Assembly (NCBI GenBank): GCA_964016885.1
Contig: OZ024740.1
Coordinates: 319,424,001 to 319,488,000 of the forward strand
Reading direction: 5' to 3'
From: Eledone cirrhosa
Lineage: Eukaryota
DNA length: 64,000 nt
Shown: positions 59,700 to 64,000 of the stretch, piece after piece
Layout: every line of letters begins with the position of its first letter
Numbering within the stretch: position 1 is the first letter of the stretch
Position numbers and translations under genes: made by a program
The notes under the pieces: generated by a model
Database searches by the model: none
What the model was told of the DNA's origin: nothing
Seen by the model: the letters and a program-made list of their open reading frames with translations, nothing else

Positions 59700-60270
59700 A
59701 TCGAAAATCGTATTCACCTTAGAAAAAATTCCTATTACCTCAACAAATATTTTTTTTAAATCATCATTTAGAAATATTTCTAAATAGTGAAAATATTGTC
59801 TGTTTAAACAACTCGTATTTTTCAAATCATATTCACTTAAAAAATACTTATTAATAATTAAAATATTCTGTTTAAAGAAAGCTGAAATATATATACTCGG
59901 TGTACAAATAATTTATATTTTTTAAGTCATTTTCACTTAAGAATATTTTTTAAATATGCCAAGAAATATTTTTTCCATCGTATTCACTTTAAAATAATTT
60001 TAAAAAATCAAGATATTGTCTATGTAAATAAAGCTATTTGTGAAATCAAATTCACTTTAAAATATTTCTACATAATTGAAATATTCTTTTTAACAAAAGC
60101 AAAAATATAAACACCTGCTGTTTAACACCAACTGGTATTTTTCAGTGATATTCACTTAATGTTATTCTGATAATTAAAATATCGTCTGTTTAAAGACAGC
60201 TCAAATATAGATACTTGAAGTACAAATAACTTGTAGTTTTGAAATCATTCACTGAGAAATCACTGAAAAA
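59700..60270. repeat. Degenerate AT-rich repeats with core (t)attcacttaaaa, also present at 53980-54290; probably Helitron subterminal
   Basis: Core word recurs about 8 times. Confidence 0.6.
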
Positions 60271-60433
60271 TCTTTTTTTAATAATTATAAAAAATATTTC
60301 TCGAATGATGAAAATAGGTTATGTCGATTTACATCAAACTTGTTTTATCCCAATTTCAGGGTGATATCACTTACAGGGCTATTTTTCCATTATGCACCGT
60401 TTTGGCTATTTACGAAGGTATCCTACACACACC

Positions 60434-60481
<48 letters not shown>

Positions 60482-60485
<4 letters not shown>

Positions 60486-60597
60486 TTGTAATCAAATGAA
60501 AACGAAATTTCATTTCTCACTCTTAGTACGGCACTTACTTAAATTTAAGTATGTATGTATACGTACATACATATATGTATACAGATGTACAGTAGCA

Positions 60598-60649
<52 letters not shown>

Positions 60650-61090
60650 CAGGTACACATACATATATGTACGTATCAGTTTAGCGGACGCTTATTATAA
60701 CGCCCGCTTTGTTCGTTTGTAAACAAACTGAACAGCCTGAATTTATGCCGTACGGTGTTAAGGCAACCACGTCACCTTTTTGTTCAACACTGACACAGGA
60801 ACGATGTACTAGTTTCAAGCTTGTTAGCTATCATCAGCACCGTATACCCTTCTGCCAGATGGTTGAACGTTCGAAAGTATATACTTTCCTTATGAAAATT
60901 AACGGCTGAGCAGCCTAATTTGCATATCGAGTGAGTTCGGCCAGGCGTACCGAGAACGATAAGTTGTAATAAAATTAAAACGAAATAAACGGCATAAATT
61001 CAGGCTGTTCAGTTTGTTTACAAACGAACAAAGCGGGCGTTATAATAAGCGTCTGCTAAACTGATACGTACATATATGTATGTGTACCTG

Positions 61091-61121
<31 letters not shown>

Positions 61122-61174
61122 GCATGCTACTGTACGTCTGTATACATATATGTATGTACGTATACATACATACT

Positions 61175-61176
<2 letters not shown>
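60482..61176. mobile_element. Small HHR-bearing non-coding element: ~480-bp minus-strand unit plus an inverted copy of its 3' part
   Basis: Inverted arms 60546-60751 and 60989-61176; direct redundancy taagttgtaat.aaat.aaaacgaaat at 60482 and 60960; (TA)n flanks. Confidence 0.75.
60801..60843 (-). ncRNA. Minimal type I hammerhead ribozyme with canonical core
   Basis: Minus strand acggtg-CTGATGA-tagc-taacaa-gctt-GAAA-ctag-TA-catcgt; palindromic ACTAGT stem III. Confidence 0.8.
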
Positions 61177-61266
<90 letters not shown>

Positions 61267-61282
61267 TCTAACATAAGTACTG

Positions 61283-61334
<52 letters not shown>

Positions 61335-61794
61335 CTCTAAGTACGTAAACACATACACTGGCACACATACACATACAGATACACACGGTGGCAGTATAAC
61401 TGTGAAAGAGAGAGAAAGAAATAACGTTATGGATAGGGGGAGAGTTAAAATAAATAAAAGTTAAGGACGCTGTCTCTTTCCCTATCTGTCATCACCTCTC
61501 TCTTTCTCAACCGCTCACTCTCTCTCACCCCCTCTCTGTCTCTCTTACCTACAGAATGGACAACCAAAAAACAAACGGATTATTTCTTTCGATATTCATT
61601 ATAAAATAAGATAAATTGAATTTAGATGAATTCCTTGCTATTTTGGGAAAATTAAAAATATTTCCCATGTGCGATTTACACCAAACTTGTTTTATTCAGA
61701 GTATTTTCTCATGTAGAGCCAATATTTATTAAAATAACAGATTAAAATTTAAGCAAAGAATCGCTGCTTTCACCCTTAACGGGATCTTCTATTA

Positions 61795-64000
61795 GGACAA
61801 TGGGATTGATGAATTAATATCTGTATACAACAACTACAACGGTGCGCGATGGGGCCCACCCACAATCCCGGCAGACAGAATGGAGAAGGCGTTTCCCCGG
61901 AGGACGGCAAGGGAGATGCACTGCAAAAGCCACTCCAACTCGCAGGGCTCACACATGTGGCTGGCCAGCTCAGCGCCTATGGTGGTGAGTAAGGAGGTAG
62001 CCCTGGGGCCGAGGACACCAGAAGTCTCCACTGCCAGGAGTGCGACCGCTATTTGGGGAGTTTGGCCCCCTCAGCCCGACGTTCAGCAGAACCTGGGTCA
62101 GTCGCAGACTGCTTCAGGTTGCGGCTGCAGAAAGTGTCGGTGCAAGTCGCATCCCAGACGAGGGGTTTGTCACCGCGGAACGGGAAGATGGTCATGCCAT
62201 CTGGCTTTTTGCCGTCCCCTCGATCCAGCCCCACCAGCTCGAGCTGGGAAAGGAAGCCTGCAGCGTCCAAGCCATGTTTAATGACCTCGTTGAGGGCAGC
62301 ATGGCGTGGAATTCGGCCGGCTCTGTGGCGACAGGAAAGCGGTTGGAGGCCGCAAGAGAAGACGGTGGAACCGCATCGAAATTGGTGTGGCTGGCAGATA
62401 CGGAGGCCGAGCCTCAGGGAAACGCCGATTCGCAGGCTATGGTTGTCTAGCTGCGTGCCACTGGAGAAGGAGGGCAGGGCATGGAGCCAGGCATAACTGT
62501 ACGGTTTGGAGGCCGCACGAAAACAAGCAAGGCGGTGCTGGGGGGACTTGACGTCAATAAGGGGAGAAGGAGGGGGGACGTCTACTGGGCTAAGTCCCAG
62601 CCGGTTCCACATCTCACAGGCGGCCTCACGTTCTCTGAACACAGAGAGTTCTGTTGTGTTCTGAAGAACCCTGCTGACGAGGACGCGGTACGAGGTTACC
62701 GACGAAAGATACGCAGGAAAAGCTAGTGAGATCGAGGACCGGAGGCCAAGGCCACCATACCGGACAGTTAAAGTGGCCTGATGCGACCCTATGTCGTCAA
62801 ACTTGACGTTGCATATCCTCTCGGCTGCTGCTCGGATACAAGTATCGAGGTCAGCGAGGAGAGATGTCTGGGTGTAACATGGAGCGCTGCGGTGTGTATA
62901 GAGGAGCTTCGGAATGGCGAAGCAGTTTCTCAGCAGAAAGAGAGATGAGTGGCCGTCAATCAAGCCCAGTCGGCTCGTGAGAGTCTGGAGCTGTTGAAGA
63001 CTGGACCTGATGGTGGAGCGGATGGCCGGCGGGTGGATCGGTGACCCGAGGATGAGGACATCCTCTTTGGGGGTCACCTGAACCTGGCGGAGAATGGACC
63101 GCACGTCCAAGACGGAGGCTGCAAAGCTCGCAGCATCGAGGCTGACGTTCACCACCTCCGACTTGGCCGAGTTGACCTGGATGCCGATTCCCGTCAGGGC
63201 AGGACCCACGATTGAAGGTCATGGCAGATCGTCTGTACGGGCCCACCCAACGTAGCATCATCCAGATACCAAACGTTGAGAGGGGGCCTGATACTCCGGG
63301 CGATGTGGTCAATATCAAGGGCGAACAGGAGGGGTCCCAAAGGGTCGCCCTGTTGGACCCCAGTAGCGGAGGGTATGACCGTATCAACACCAAGGAGCAT
63401 GTTCGGAGCTCCATATGACAGGTAGACTGGTGGGTAGGCAGAGGGGGCTCGGCTAAGGCAGGCCTCGAGCAGATGATCCCGGCGTAAAGAGTCAAGCTTG
63501 ACAATGAGGTGCCTGGAGACCCTGGATGCCGGTTCCGATGGGCAGCTGTTGAAGAACTGCATTGTTGCATGAGCGGCCCCCTCACGACCACCGGACACGC
63601 TGACACCCAGTTGCACCGGACTAAACTCCTCACCCAGTTCGTGTGTTACGGACTTGTATATCATCTTGGCAGCCAGCCTCCGGAAGACATTGCCCACAGC
63701 AATGGAGCGTATGCCACCCTCTTTTTTCCTGAGAGCGGTGAGGCTGGCCGAAAAAAGAGGCCTCGGGCGTAAGGGTCCAAGGCACCATGGATGAGCCTAT
63801 TGGTGAGTGCCACAATTGCACCCAGAAGGCGGTGCCCGGCCTCAGTGGAGAGGGGGGTGTCAACTTCTTGAGGTGGCCTGGTCGGAGACCATCAACACCT
63901 CCGCAGCTGCTAGCTGGGTAGGACCTGATGGCGAACATGATGTCTGCATTAGTATCCACAAGGAGCAAGTGGGGTCGGGTGGGGGTATGGGTCTGAGATC
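61795..64000 (-). mobile_element. CRE-clade-like non-LTR retrotransposon (RT plus REL endonuclease), frameshifted, continues beyond the window
   Basis: GVDGLRPGHL, GNVFRRLAAK, PVQLGV, GVQQGDPLGPLLF, WYLDD, GGLGL, RCG...LSC...RH, KPDG...WDATC, ETSGVLGP spread over four frames. Confidence 0.88.

Overview
Eukaryotic, AT-rich and microsatellite-laden DNA with no recognisable host protein-coding gene. The SINE families look like those of octopus/cephalopod genomes (recognition from memory, not a search). Main contents: (1) an intact Penelope-like retroelement of Naiad type (RT plus C-terminal GIY-YIG, 710 aa) with pLTRs, an inverted 5'-truncated copy and five hammerhead ribozyme (HHR) motifs; (2) a 316-bp tandem array carrying eight type I HHRs with the rare U3-A8 core, i.e. 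a candidate non-LTR retrozyme, split by an inversion; (3) three more unrelated non-coding HHR-bearing inserts, all sitting in (TA)n, two of them with the same outward-facing inverted structure; (4) a decayed ~2.1-kb minus-strand reading frame that by eye resembles the N-terminal polymerase half (PA-like) of a segmented negative-strand RNA virus, a candidate endogenous viral element; (5) a ~20-kb strand-asymmetric (ACCAAC)n-derived satellite; (6) a mariner deletion derivative, Helitrons, CRE- and RTE-type LINE remnants, a LINE 5' end with a 2A-like peptide, SINEs, foldback MITEs and minisatellites. Most ORFs in the supplied track are artefacts of simple repeats. All alignments and folds were done by eye.
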